A stretch of DNA of 63,690 nucleotides, filler included, from Dicyema japonicum (taxonomy: Eukaryota > Animalia > Dicyemida), in the NCBI GenBank assembly GCA_011109175.1. It is 13 parts of 13 records of this genome, joined end to end, with 100 filler letters (N's around TTAATTAATTAA, not from the genome) between each part and the next. Parts side by side here need not be neighbours in the genome. Positions count along the whole stretch, not along the records: positions 20,209 to 25,084 come from RDEW01000301.1; positions 25,185 to 30,111 come from RDEW01000224.1; positions 30,212 to 32,145 come from RDEW01000171.1; positions 32,246 to 34,226 come from RDEW01000009.1; positions 34,327 to 52,239 come from RDEW01000005.1; 8 more parts are not named here. One strand, 5' to 3'. Shown one piece after another: positions 25,021 to 38,150 of the stretch. The position numbers and the translations under genes were made by a program. Position 1 is the first letter of the stretch; each line of letters begins with the position of its first letter. Below the pieces are notes generated by a model that was not told where the DNA came from, did not search any database, and saw only the letters and a list, made by a program, of their open reading frames with translations.

Positions 25021-27049
25021 TCATGATGAAAATCATTTTGGTTGTGATGAGAGATCCTATATCAAATAAAGCCGCTGGGGGGGGNNNNNNNNNNNNNNNN
25101 NNNNNNNNNNNNNNNNNNNNNNNNNNNNTTAATTAATTAANNNNNNNNNNNNNNNNNNNNNNNNNNNNNNNNNNNNNNNNNNNNAAGATCACTTATGTTT
25201 GGGAGACTTTTCAAGAAGTCGTTGATTCGCTTGATTGATTATTAATTTACTAATGGAGTTTATTCTATTAATGGAAATTTTTTTGGGAGTGGTTTATCTA
25301 TGAGAATGTGGATATTAGATTATTTTAGTGTAGGAATAGAGAGATTGGAGAGGGTGGACATGTAACTGCTTGAGAGAAGTGTGGTTGGGAACACAACGAA
25401 GGTGTAGAGCCTTTAGAGATAGTAGTATAATGGTTGTTTCTTTTTCCCCTTAATAGTGATGATTCTACACCGCCTACCATTGTCCTTCAAACGTAGAGAA
25501 TGTATGTCAGTGGACGCTTGGATAGTAGACAATTTGAGGCTATTCTTAATGGAGAACGGTTAAAGAGGGTGGGGCTTAATACCTATTCTTGTGGAACTAA
25601 CTCCTTTGTAACGAACTTGATCGACAACCTTTATGGCATGCATAGAGGTCTTTCTGAGAGTCTCTTGCAGATTGAGACTCTCTTGCATATTCGGAGTGGA
25701 TTTGTTAATAACAATGTGTGATATTATCTTATATAATCGACTGCGATTTAGTGGACGAGGATTACTCTAATAGAATGGCACAATTGTATTTACTTTTTTA
25801 GTATTTTGGAAATAACGATATCGCCCAGCACCTTGCTGGCTTTGTCTAGTTCGTCGAGAAAACCGTTGATTTCTATAGATTAATCACGCGTAATGGTTAG
25901 CACATTTCGACATGGCATAAGAGCCACACGCTTTTTTCGTATTTTCTTAAATTGATCGTCCGAGATGACGACTAGAAATTAACTATTTTGGTATACTCGA
26001 TTTCCCTTTAGTAAAAAAGTATTCAATCCATGAGCTGTTGTATTCTATCGTAACAGGGTGGATGTTATGAGCGATTTAGGTAGGACGATTAACCCCTTTT
26101 TGTCAACAAGTGGTCTGATTGAAAGTATTTTGGATTTCAAGTGAGATGATCAACCATAAAGTTTTAATACTCCCTGTAATTTCTTTTATGACAGGGTTTG
26201 GCTCTTAAAGTCAAAATATTCAATCTAGCTTTTTTTAGAACCTTGGGTTTGTGATACTAATAAGTAACTGTCATTGCGTCCTCAATTCCTGCAAGTCACA
26301 GTGGATTGTCTCATTAAGATGGGTAAATATAGAAACTATATTTGTAAAGTCACCACAATTTCTATTCTCTGAAAAAAATAAACTGAATGTGTCTATGTTC
26401 AGATGTTGAGAAAATCAACACTACGTAACACTAAATAACATAATCAAATTGCGCTTATAAATAGAACATTTCGATTGACAAATTTACTAACGATCATGAC
26501 TGAGAAAGTAATTTTTTAAATATATTTATAAGAAAATAAAGTTTTAAAATATTTATAAAGTTAAAATATGCATAATTTTGATTAAATATCTGTATTTCAT
26601 GTAAGGTATTTTGTTTTAAGAGCACGATTTTAGTCCACATATCAACTAGTATCTTACAGCTTTTAAATTATAGCTACAATTTCCCGTACAAATATTTTGT
26701 CAGTTGGACTAATCTTATATCATTTACTGATTTTATATGTATTGGTCCAAAATTAAATGAGGGGTTCCTGGGTGAAGCTCGTACCTTTTCTCCGTATTTC
26801 CCTCAAACATTCTAAGAATACTTTTTGATGATGTTTGTTTCTATTTAAAACAATCGTAACTCCTTACTGTATGGCTATTTCTCTACGCAGGATGTGTTCA
26901 CGAAGACAGTCCAAACGTGCGGGAATTTAACCACTTATTGTAACAGCTCTTTTATAAATGGTCTCAACTATATTAATCTCTATGCTCCTACATTTTCAAG
27001 CAAACATCTCTATTTTTTGTAAACAAAATCTCATGAAAGATAAAGGTCT

Positions 27050-27520
27050 CCATATGACATGCATGCATTGAGTATGCAATAGGGTGTTACCCCTCATGAT
27101 AGCAAGTTTAATATTTTCGAAGAGCCATGAAGTAATTCTAAGCTCTCCTTCTAGCAATTATACTTCCTCGCCAATTCATCGTTTAACCATAATATTTCAT
27201 AATGAAAAATAGCAATAGTATGTTGTTATTCACAGACAATTTATCTCAAAAAAATAACATAATTTCGCAAAATTAATAATTAAGGATTCCAGATTTAGAT
27301 TCTCCAATAAATGAAGAAGCCATAACTACATAACTATTTCCTCTCAAAATAGCTAACAAAATTCGATGAATAGTTAGTGACGTTTACGAAGGTCGTCCGA
27401 ACTCGCAGTAATCTGACCACCAAGTCGATTCAGAAACTCTACTGTTGAGGGTTTCCACAGCGACTAGAATTAACTGTACTCTATCATGTAATTCAGCATA
27501 CTTTTTTGACATTGCGGCCT
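27050..27520 (-). mobile_element. Two CRE-like 3' tips (27050-27170, 27310-27520)
   Basis: WLFENIKLAIMRGN; KKYAELHDRVQLILVAVETL...LAILRGNSYVV. Confidence 0.7.
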
Positions 27521-27652
27521 TCATATCTATCTGTTATTATTAAAATAAAAAAAAGTCAATTTATTTTTTAATTTTAAATTTTTTAAGGTTATACGTTACC
27601 AATCCACTTTGGATAGATAGCTCTCTTCATCTAGATTCTATATGGGATAATT

Positions 27653-27760
27653 GCCGGGCCGGGTGGCGCAGTGTGACGGTTGCCGGGCAAGATGCCTGAA
27701 CTTCACTGCGGAACCGGATTGTATATAATACACCCAAGAAAAAGAAAACAAAGAGAACAG
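27653..27760 (+). mobile_element. Internally deleted copy of the tRNA-derived SINE
   Basis: Head CCGGGTGGCGCAGTG and tail TCACTGCGGAACCGGATT..CCCAAGAAAAAGAAAA match both ends of 49154-49360. Confidence 0.6.
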
Positions 27761-29439
27761 CATTCCTTGATCCTCCCTCGATTATCTACTATAACTGTTC
27801 TTTGCTTAAAATAAAGTGTCTTCTACCTGAGGGGAGCTATAACTGATATGGCTTATCGGAAAGTGCAAGTATTATTATGAGACATCCAGATTGCTACTTC
27901 AAGATTGCAACAAAATCTGGACTTTCTTAACGAATGGTTGCTGAAGATCCCCCTGTCTACCAGCACTGAGAAGTCCNNNNNNNNNNNNNNNNNNNNNNNN
28001 NNNNNNNNNNNNNNNNNNNNNNNNNNNNNNNNNNNNNNNNNNNNNNNNNNNNNNNNNNNNNNNNNNNNNNNNNNNNNNNNNNNNNNNNNNNNNNNNNNNN
28101 NNNNNNNNNNNNNNNNNNNNNNNNNNGATTATTTGAGATGACAGTCAACAACGATTTTGTGGTGATATGATCGATATTTTCCAATTGGGAGGTAATTTTG
28201 TATTGATAACAAAATTATGAAAAACTATCTGCTCACATCGCTCATTACTAACTAATTCCAGTGGAGAAAGCTTAATTGTTTTTTTCACTCATAGAACACG
28301 CTATGCCTGCTGTCAGCTTAGTATTTTATTAAATAGACACAACTCTTTTGAACTGACAGACACAAGACACACAACTCTACTGGGAAGAGCAAAAAGGACA
28401 CAGACGAACTTATTTTATGAATAAGACTATAGAAGCAAGAAAGTCAAAACTAACAAAAAATTGAACGAGGTTTAACCACTAAAAAGATTAAGAATCCGCA
28501 TAGACATCATCATCGTCAATGATGACAGTCTTCATCCCTAAAATTTAGAGAATAACGATAACCTTTAAAACTCTCGACTGGCACGTGTGATACATTAGTA
28601 ATCCAATCTTCAGATTCATCTTGACGTTTCCTACTTATACGAACTCTAATGCGTTTTGGAACATTTCTGAGTGGTAAAAATGAGTTACTTTATTCCATTC
28701 TTCCACAAAAAATTATTAAGCTCAACGTCAATTTTGACATTGTCGACGCACATGCACTTCTTCGCAAATTTTTCGATAACCTTCACTGCAAGTGGGGCAC
28801 GAGATTTCGATTTTCTTAATTATTAAAAATGAGAAGAATACTTTCCGTGTAGATGTCTATTCAAGTGAATTGTATAATCCCGACAAGCAGAAACCATCGG
28901 TTTCCTGGTTCTAGTAACGTCCTCCATTCCTGACTAACAAAATTAACTAACAAACCACGTTTATTAAAATAATTTAAAAATAATTAATTTATATTTTATA
29001 TTAATATTATAAATAACAATATTTATACGTTTTAACAATTTTTGTACTAAAATAATTTAATTTAGTTTCTGACACTTCCAAGTTTAATTTTCAAGTAAGA
29101 AATTTCTAGCTAGAGGTCAACTATTGTTTCTGGATCTTTTTTTCCAGACCAACTTATTAATTTTATTTAAAGGATTTTCGCAGATTTGCCTTCCTCACTT
29201 TAAAGAAAGATTTATGGAAGCGCCTGGCAGTTGTGGCTTGTGTTTGAAGTCAATTGACACCTTGTTGGTGAGGTTCCATTAGTTCCATGAATCTACGATG
29301 CCCCCTGGATTGACTAGTAACAAATCACTACGGAACCGAAGAAATTAAGAAAATTACCAATCCCTTAGACCTTTATAATTTTTTTTTTAACATAAATCAA
29401 TTTTAGAAAAATAATTAGTTAATTTATCCCCAGTAAATC

Positions 29440-29960
29440 ATATTTAAAACTGCCATCCATCCAAAGTGGACCCCGCCGACATTATCGATGTTGCGTTGCC
29501 TCTCACGATTGCAACAGAGATCAACTGGAGTAGCNTATATAAATTGCTAATTATTTTTTTGTTTTTAAATTATTATAAAAAATATTTATCAATATTAAAG
29601 TTAATATTTTTCACGTGGCTTGTTGTGAGTTGTAGCAAAAAGTATAAATACAATTTATTTAAATCAGAAAACCACATTTACAGTAAATCATACTTAAAAC
29701 TGCCATCCAAAGTGGACCCCGCCGACATTATCGACGTTGCGTTGCTTCTCACGATTGCAACAGAGATCAACTGGAGAGGCCACCGGGTCTCACGTGCGTC
29801 GTGGCTTTTTAGTATAGCTAAGCGTCCAAGTTTCTTTGGGAAGCGAAGAGATTTTCCACTTATTCCTCCAGTTGTCTCGACCACAATCGGATAAAACGTG
29901 AATCGGTTGCGTAGCGTTTCGTACTTCTCCATTGCCATCATCGTTTTTGCCGCGAAATAC
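29440..29960 (-). mobile_element. CRE-like 3' fragment with duplicated tip
   Basis: EKYETLRNRFTFYPIVVETTGG...RETRWPLQLISVAIVRSNATSI. A further tip of the same subfamily is at 37790-37865. Confidence 0.85.
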
Positions 29961-30239
29961 AGTGTGTCTACCGCTTGATTGAATATATTTGACTTTTAGA
30001 AACTATCCATATCAATATTAGATTTATTTTTATTAATTTTGGATAGCAATAATAAAGGAACCTCGCAAAATTAATATTATCGAATATTATTCCTATTTGG
30101 CGCTCGTCCCANNNNNNNNNNNNNNNNNNNNNNNNNNNNNNNNNNNNNNNNNNNNTTAATTAATTAANNNNNNNNNNNNNNNNNNNNNNNNNNNNNNNNN
30201 NNNNNNNNNNNTTATTGTGTCATTGCTTAATGGGATGGT

Positions 30240-30900
30240 CTTCAGTATGTTTGAAGAATCCTTTTGTAAAATTTCGTGAATAAATGAATCTAATAACTCT
30301 CTCTGCTATCGAATGAGGATTACCTACAAATTAAAATAAATAGAATAACCAGTTTTTGCAATTTTCTCGACAAAAATTAAATAGTCCAAAAAGATTTTGA
30401 AATATAATTTTATTAAAAAGAGAAGTTAAAGTGTTTTTATTTTCATAATTTTTTTAATTAAAAAAAAGTTCTGTATTTTTCAATTAAGTTTGGATGTTCA
30501 CGCTTTAAATGTTCAATTAAGCGCGATGGCTTCATTGGCAAATTGCAAGCAAAGCGATTTATGTGGATCCTGAGGATTTTTAATAAATCCTAAAGAAATA
30601 TATTCCTTTTTATAGGTTCTAACTTTTTTGAACAAGACTCATCACGAAATATTCGAGATCACGCTAATAACTTTAGATGAAATATAATATAAATGTTATA
30701 GTTTTAATATAATCGATTATTTATCTGTCTTTTATTTTTCATGACAATAAACTCCTCGATCACGTTAATAACTTTAAATGAAATATAATATAAATGTTAT
30801 AGTTTTAATATAATCGATTATTTATCTGTTTTTTATTTTTCATGACAATAAACTCCTCGAGGACCATCGCCCCCCTGACAAAAAAATTCGAGAACCACTG
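30240..30900 (-). mobile_element. hAT Charlie/Buster element 5' end: TIR plus BED-finger transposase start
   Basis: TIR CAGTGGTTCTCGAA at 30900 with flank atcTAaat; KVRTYKKEYISLGFI...EHLKREHP. Confidence 0.75.
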
Positions 30901-33900
30901 ATCTAAATCACTTTGGACAAATAAATTATATAGTTTGCTGTTACTTACCATTTATGGTGCAAGACATATGAAGTGGGTACTGTGGTATCCAAATGTGCTT
31001 ATTATTATTAAGGCACTTTCACGAAGGCCATAATGTTTATAGCCCCCCATGTGCAACACTCATATTAACAGTATTTATAGTTAGTCTCTTCCTTCTTCCT
31101 CTGTAAATTATTAATTCTAACAATNTATAGTTTGCTGTTACTTACCATTTATGGTTCAAGACATATGAAGTGGGTACTGTGGTATCCAAATGTGCTTATT
31201 ATTATTAAGGCACTTTCACGAAGGCCATAATGTTTATAGCCCCCCATGTGCAACACTCATATTAACAGTATTTATAGTTAGTCTCTTCCATCTTCCTCTG
31301 TAAATTATTAATTCTAACAATTTTAGTCTAAACGAATGCTTGTGACTAAACCAGTAATTACGCCTACTTATGGGCAGAGACTGATACATTATAGATCTTT
31401 AGTCATTCCTTGGTAATTTTGCAGTATAATTAACAGATTCTTGTTTTAATTGATTTTTTTAGAATTTTGGTGGAGTTGAAAGTACCGTTAGCAAATCTGA
31501 ATCCAGAATGGATTTTTTTGCATAATTGGATCTCCAATTATTATAAAAGAAAGGGAGTTAGCATTTTGCAGTATAATTAACAGATTCTTGTTTTAATTGA
31601 TTTTTTTAGAATTTTGGTGGAATTGAAAGTACCGTTAGCAAATCTGAATCCTGAATGGAATTTTTTGCATAATTGGATTTCCAATTATTATAAAAGAAAG
31701 GGAGTTAGCACGAAATATGTTCTATTTTAACACTGCTTCACGGATCCAAGGCAATTACCTTTGAGAATGGCGATTCTGACCCTCAGCATAAGCCAGATAC
31801 TAAATTAAAAAATTTAAAATATCATTTTTTTAATCAATTTTATTGCTAAAAAAAGTTTGGTCAACCACTTTTTTTGAATTTTTAAATAAAATGAAAAAAA
31901 CTCTACATTCAATCAATCATTTTGATGGGATGTTAGTTTGCACGAAATCAAAATCTCTAAAATAATAAGGAAAAATTAATAATTTTAGAAATGTAATTTT
32001 TATAAACAATTATTAATATTTTTAAAACCTCGCAGCTCTGAACTGTGACATTGAATAAATAAAATTCTACAGTTCTTTAGCATTCTGATGCGTCCTGCGT
32101 TTATACTAAAAATAAAAATAGTAGATTAGAAAGCGCAGTGGTTAGNNNNNNNNNNNNNNNNNNNNNNNNNNNNNNNNNNNNNNNNNNNNTTAATTAATTA
32201 ANNNNNNNNNNNNNNNNNNNNNNNNNNNNNNNNNNNNNNNNNNNNAATATCTTTTTCCCAGGTTGAGAGGTTGCATAGGTGTACTCTTCATCGGAAATCT
32301 TCATTCCGTTTTGTGTTCAAATAGCATGCTTTTGAGAGTCCTTTTTTGTGGATAGAATCGACTGTGAATTTTTTTAATTTATTTAACCAAAAATACCCAG
32401 AATGAAAAAATTCAGGTGATCCCGGCCTCCCTCAGCAGTCTTCGCATGCTCGGACTTGAAGGAAGCCTTTTGTTTATCAATTCTACAGCGGAATGTTAGA
32501 GAATCAGGAAGATCTTGAACATGCTATTTTTGCTACTAAAAACCACGTAGACCATGGCTTAATCCCAGGATTCAAAGTTCTGACTTTCTCTATAATTTTT
32601 TAAATTGCNGTCTTTGCATGCTCGGACTTGAAGGAAGCCTTTTGTTTATCAATTCTACAGCGGAATGTTAGAGAATCAGGAAGATCTTGAACATGCTATT
32701 TTTGCTACTAAAAACCACGTAGACCATGGCTTAATCCCAGGATTCGAAGTTCTGACTTTCTCTATAATTTTTTAAATTGCTGGATATTTTGTTATTCGCA
32801 ATGACCGTGGTGGTCTTCTAAACATTCTGAATAGCGGATTATCTTTTACTGATATAAGCTCGTAAATCACTTCTCTTTCTGGATAACTCTTTTAAACATA
32901 GATATCCCCCGCAAGGAAAATGCTCAACTTCCTACACCAAAAACTATCAACCCTTTTTATATTGAAGAAATAAATCATATGTGACAGCCTCAACTCAAAA
33001 CATCAACAGTAGCTTACCTCGTAGTCTTCTGACAGCGGTGTGGACTATTGAAATTACTTTACCTTGTTTTCTTGAATAATCCTAAAGTCCACACTATCCA
33101 CATTAAGCACCAACGACGCCCGCACATTTCCAGATATATCAATATGCTCCCTCTTGTTAGGGGGACTTATTACATTAAAAGTTAATTATGGTCTTTCACA
33201 AGATCACAAAACATCCTAACGTAAGAGGATTTCGACGAGGCACACGCAGTTGTTGGAAGTCAGAAAATTCAAGAATAAAAGATCTCCTTTTATTAATTTA
33301 AACCCGAGAATCACCAACAAATTAGGATGGAAAACACAGCCGTAGGTGATCCAGGAGTCCATTGGCATCCATTTCGCCTTTCAGTGTTCATCCTTAAATC
33401 TGACGCACTTATTGTACGCTTGTGTTACTTTTGGAAACTATGGAAGTGCCATTATGGTTCCCGTTCTCTTCAAAAGACCTCACTCTCAAAGATCGTATGG
33501 CTTACCTAATCGACAGACACACACAAAAACGTATTTTTTTCTATACAGAAGATAACGGATATGATTTTTTTCGTAGCTTTTCGTGTGCGTAATAATAATG
33601 ATTAAGCACTACCGCGTTGCCACAAGCACGTAAGATGCCTAGGGTTTCGCTCGTGCAGAACACACACTATTTAAGTAAGAACAGTTATTATAACTAATCT
33701 TAGAGGGAGAGAGTTCAAGTTCTTCCGAAATACGTAACATAAAAAAACTAAAATAATTCTTTTAATTCAAATTAAAAAAGTTCGTAAGGTAGTTCTAATA
33801 TGAGGGTTGGATTCTTTTCCAGGTTTTCTTATCATTTATATATTCCTTGGTCTCTAGGCCGGGATGACGCAGTGTTATAAGTTCCGGACAAAATCCTGAT

Positions 33901-34326
33901 GGTTTCGGGTTGGAGGTGGAACAAGGTAGTGATGAGTTATTAGCTGCCGAACGCCCTCCCAATGTAAATAGCAGGGGACTTGATTTATGTGACACATGTT
34001 CTTATGTAGATGTTGCCGATCTTTTCAGAAATTCCAAAAACAACAAAATACAACTACGTGAATTGGTTTGACAGCTAAAGGTCGCATTTTCATGGCCACC
34101 GATTTTTTCGACAGAAAATATCTATGATAAATTAGCTCAACTTTCACAAACTCCTCTCTTTTAATTAGTATTAACCTTCAAAGAAGAAGTGACTACTTAG
34201 GAAATAACTCAAACACAAAATCTATCNNNNNNNNNNNNNNNNNNNNNNNNNNNNNNNNNNNNNNNNNNNNTTAATTAATTAANNNNNNNNNNNNNNNNNN
34301 NNNNNNNNNNNNNNNNNNNNNNNNNN

Positions 34327-34510
34327 TACGAATAGAGGAAGTCGTGTACGTGGATGATTTGGATTTCATATCCGAGGATAAAGAAGCTATCTCACATTCA
34401 AATAAAATGCTGGTACTTGGGTCTGTTCGATTGCGGAATCGATGGATCTCGATACGTTTCACAAAAGACAGCTAAGAGTGTTATTTGACATGCAGTGGTC
34501 TGCCGACCCC
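34327..34510 (+). mobile_element. RTE-like RT fragments abutting the SLC35A exon
   Basis: VYVDDLDFI (YADD motif) and FHKRQLRVLFDMQW. Confidence 0.6.
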
Positions 34511-34513
34511 CAG

Positions 34514-34740
34514 GATTGTGATAGTCCTTCAGGCTGTCGGAGGACTTCTTGTTGCCTCGGTTATGAAGTATGCCGACAATATTCTGAAGGGATTTGCGGC
34601 TGGATGTGCCATAATTTTGTCAACCTTTGGATCCGTTCTTATTTTCGGATTTGAACCCAATTCTCTGTTTTTTTGGAATGCTGTTTGTGGGTCTTTCAAC
34701 ATTTATCTATTCGAATTATCCCCATAATGCTTCTAAATAG
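34514..34740 (+). CDS. SLC35A-family nucleotide-sugar transporter, C-terminal fragment; one frameshift in a T7 run
   Basis: IVIVLQAVGGLLVASVMKYADNILKGFAAGCAIILSTFGSVLIFGF matches the SLC35A signature GGLxVAxVxKYADNILKGF. A shifted frame continues FFGMLFVGLSTFIYSNYPHNASK-TAG. Upstream exons are absent. Confidence 0.8.
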
Positions 34741-35584
34741 TCCATTACTTTCGTTTCAAAGATCCCTTGACTTTGGTTTATTCAATTTCAATAAATCTTT
34801 AAAATTGATAACTATTCTATTGATTCTAGACAAAATGTTTCATTGATTTAAAACATGGACATCTGTTGAGTTGAGTATTGATCTCCCTGCCATGATGGAC
34901 GTTCTCTCTCGCACAATAGCTTTTAAGATCAACTGGAGTGGCCAGGCTATGAATGTAGTCAAGCTCCCCTCGCTTATTAAAATAGACTTAATTGCTTACT
35001 AAAATTTAAATGGCTAATTATGGGATTTTAGAAGACCACGTGACTGATTGTTTGTGTAATCACTAGGGCAACCGGAAAGTTGCTCTTAAAAATGTAAAAA
35101 ATTGATTTTAAAAGTCAACTAAATTGATCTAAAAAAATAAAAAGTTGCCCTAAGATGAAAGAAATTTATTTATTAAAACACAACATTAAATAATATTTAA
35201 CATTTTCAGGTAGGAAATTTCTATCTTTCGTTAAAATTATATGAAGAATTGAAAATGATCTCTCTACTTCACACGATGTTGCCGGGCAATCCAGTAATAA
35301 TGAGTGATCAAATGGAGAAATCTGTAGTTTAGATGACTCCATTATTTATAAAATGTCGTTTCTTAACATCCGTTTGCTTATGTAGTCTCCAATTTTACAG
35401 GAATTTTCTTTAAAATCAGTTTTTTTCAAAAAAATGTTATGCTTTTGAAATAGTAAATTTATTAGATTCAATTTCCTTTTTTTTAAACAAAAAAATTTTT
35501 TTAACAGTTAAACAAATGTCAGTTGAGGAAGCTTTCTAAAAAATTTAATAGAAAATTTAATAGAATTTCCTTTAAAATATCTGT

Positions 35585-35810
35585 CAATAAATGTCCCGCC
35601 TTATGTTTTTTTACACAGCGTCAAAAAATGCTTGGATGACGACTGATATTTTTGATATATGGTTACAAAAAATAAACTTTGAAATGGTCAAAAAAACAGA
35701 AAAATTTTGATTCTTATTGATAATGCACCGTGCCACAATAATTGCATTTGTAGGAAAAGCTTGGAGTCGAGTAACAACAACAACGATTGTCAATTGTTGG
35801 ATGAAAATAA
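35585..35810 (+). mobile_element. pogo/Tigger (CENP-B-like) DDE transposase remnant
   Basis: SKNAWMTTDIFDIWL...RKILILIDNAPCH...AWSRVTTTTIVNCW. Confidence 0.85.
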
Positions 35811-35914
35811 ACAAACAGAAAACGTGTTCGTGAAGTTAATTCAAAAAAACATCTGAATTAATTGATAAACATGTTTCAGGGTTAATGGAACTTGAAATAA
35901 ACGGAATTGAGTAA

Positions 35915-36895
35915 TTAGGTGATCCCAGCCTCCAACAACATCCGAACTCTCTTCGTCTGGTCTTCTGCTGCATTCCGGAAACGCCTTTTCTTCCTTCTGC
36001 ATAGGAATTCAATGGTGTGCACTTTTTTTATAACCGATCGAAATTCCTCTGTATGGGCCACCTTTTCCTTGAATGGGTTTCCCAGTTCCTTGCAAAAACG
36101 TAGGAAACCCTGGCCATTTCTTACCGTCTCCTCCTCTGAGAGCAGATGTGGAGTCTGATTGTATGTGCCTCATGATCTTAGAGAATTCACACGTTCCACT
36201 CTTGTAAAAGGAATGGCGAATCTCCAGGCAGAACAGGCATATTCAATCGTCGGCGCAATAACTTGGAGATATACTTTGCTGATACAAGCTGTAGGAGGGA
36301 AGGGGCTCTTCTTTACGATGGATTTTAGGACGTTCCATTTTCGAAGACCTTTGGTTAACACCTCTTCCGTGTGACTGTTAGACGTCATCAGAGAGTCGAA
36401 AGTTATTCCAAGGATCGTCTGGATTCGTGTATAAGGGATGGGAATGTTTCCGAGGAATATTTCAAGTCCACCTTTAAATCTTCTGTCCGTAGTCAGTCAC
36501 AGACCTGGTTGAGGTGTGACTGACCCACCGCCACGGCCCTGGAGAGAGATTTGTCCCTTGCAGCGATAATCAAGTCGTCCGCATAAGACAAAAACATGGT
36601 GTCCTTATCATTAATAGTAGGTAAATCGTGTAGAAATAAGTTAAATAAGAGAGGAGACAGAGGGGAGCCTTGCGGGACCCCATTGGGGAGTAGTCTTGAT
36701 TTTGAAGTGGTTTTGTGAATCCGGACCCTTCCGCGTCGCCCAGTTAAGAAATTTTCCAGCCATAGCTTGATGTTCGGATGTAAGTTGGAATTAAAAATCT
36801 TTTGCGTTAGGGGTTTCCTCGGAACAGAATCAAAAGCCTTTTGTATATCGATGGATACTAAGGCCGAAATTTTACATTTAGCGTCCACTTAAAAG
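35915..36895 (-). mobile_element. Jockey/I-like LINE 3' kilobase ending AGIT-stop
   Basis: IDIQKAFDSV, GVPQGSPLSPLLFN, SYADD, ILGITFD, EYACSAW, MLLEAGIT-TAA. Confidence 0.92.
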
Positions 36896-37039
36896 ATCCA
36901 TTACGAAAATAAAGATCTGCAGTAATAGAGAGTTACCCTATAATATTCTCCCCTTTATTTTCGCTTCTCCCATTTTTTCTGATTAAGTTTTAGTATGACC
37001 TTGAACTTAAATTAAAATTTATTATTAGACAAAAACAGA

Positions 37040-37300
37040 TCAAACATCAGCGCCGAGAGACAGTGAGAATTGCCGCGAACGATAGCTATTTCGAGACGTT
37101 CACGGAACAACGCCGCTACTGAAGATCTCCCAGCCTTGACGAGATTGCGCTTCCAATCTCTGAGAACACCTCTTGTGACAGTTCTGGTACACGCGAAGTC
37201 TCAAAGGCAATCGGGACGAAGGGGAAACGGTCTTCAGAATATTTATTCAGCTTCCTCCGTTAGGCATAATCAGCAGCAAGACAGCGCGAGTTTGTAGTGG
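37040..37300 (-). mobile_element. CRE-like 3' fragment
   Basis: KYSEDRFPFVPIAFETS...FRERLEIAIVRGNSHCL. Confidence 0.8.
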
Positions 37301-38150
37301 AAATCATGTTCGTCGAGGAAAAGGTATCAAAGCATGGTTATATCCCACACAGAGATCGTCATCCCGTCTGGTCTTCTCCCATCCCGATCAAGTCCAACAA
37401 GTTCAATGATGAAATTGAACTTTCCACGTAATAAGTTTTCAAAAAAATCACAATCCAACATGAAATCAAGAGTTGCCAAGGATGAGATATACTGATAATC
37501 ATGATTGAGGATTTCTTCAGCCTTAACCTTCTACGTGGAAACCGGAATATCTCCATTCTACTAGTTAACGCATGAACTTGTTGTTTACTCTCTTGGCTCA
37601 TCTTCGGATTCCTGAGCAGTTTCAAACCACCTTCTCAAGCTGTCAGGGTTACTTGACAGATCTCCTATAGTGAATTCGTTCGAAGGTTGAGGGGGTTATG
37701 TACCTGTATTCCACGATATGTCCACCTCGCTTCATGATGGGTGGCCTAGTTTTCCTTCTTATGAACATGATGAGTAGAAAGACCTGTGGCTTCTCCAGTT
37801 AATCTCTGTTGCAATCGTGAGAAGCAACGCAACGTCGATAATGTCGGCGGGATCCACTTTGGATGGTTAACTGTGTTAATTTAATTACATTATTCTCAGC
37901 ATAATAAAATTAAAAATATTTTTAAAAAGAAATCCAAAACGATAATATCATATTTCGGCTAATATTTCTAAAATAGTTAATTCCTAATTTAAATAAGCAA
38001 CGTCATGGAAATAATACAGATTTGGAAATTAATTAACATTTTATTACCAGATCACAATAAATTTAAATAAAATTAACCAAAAAAATTAAATTAAAATATA
38101 ATCATTATATTAAAATTTAAACCAACCAATTAAATACTAATTATTTTTAA

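Noticed and set aside
25500-25721. 73-aa plus ORF resembling an FNR-type NAD-binding C-terminus (GRLD..YSCG..F)
   Set aside because: The opposite strand carries LINE motifs (VPQE*VLSPTLFN and a C-terminal H.SLKQL.V.PL segment), so the ORF is probably an antisense shadow.
30940-30952. TTACTTACCAT as a second U1-like 5' end (duplicated near 31140)
   Set aside because: No ATTGCAC loop, Sm site or U1 helices follow.
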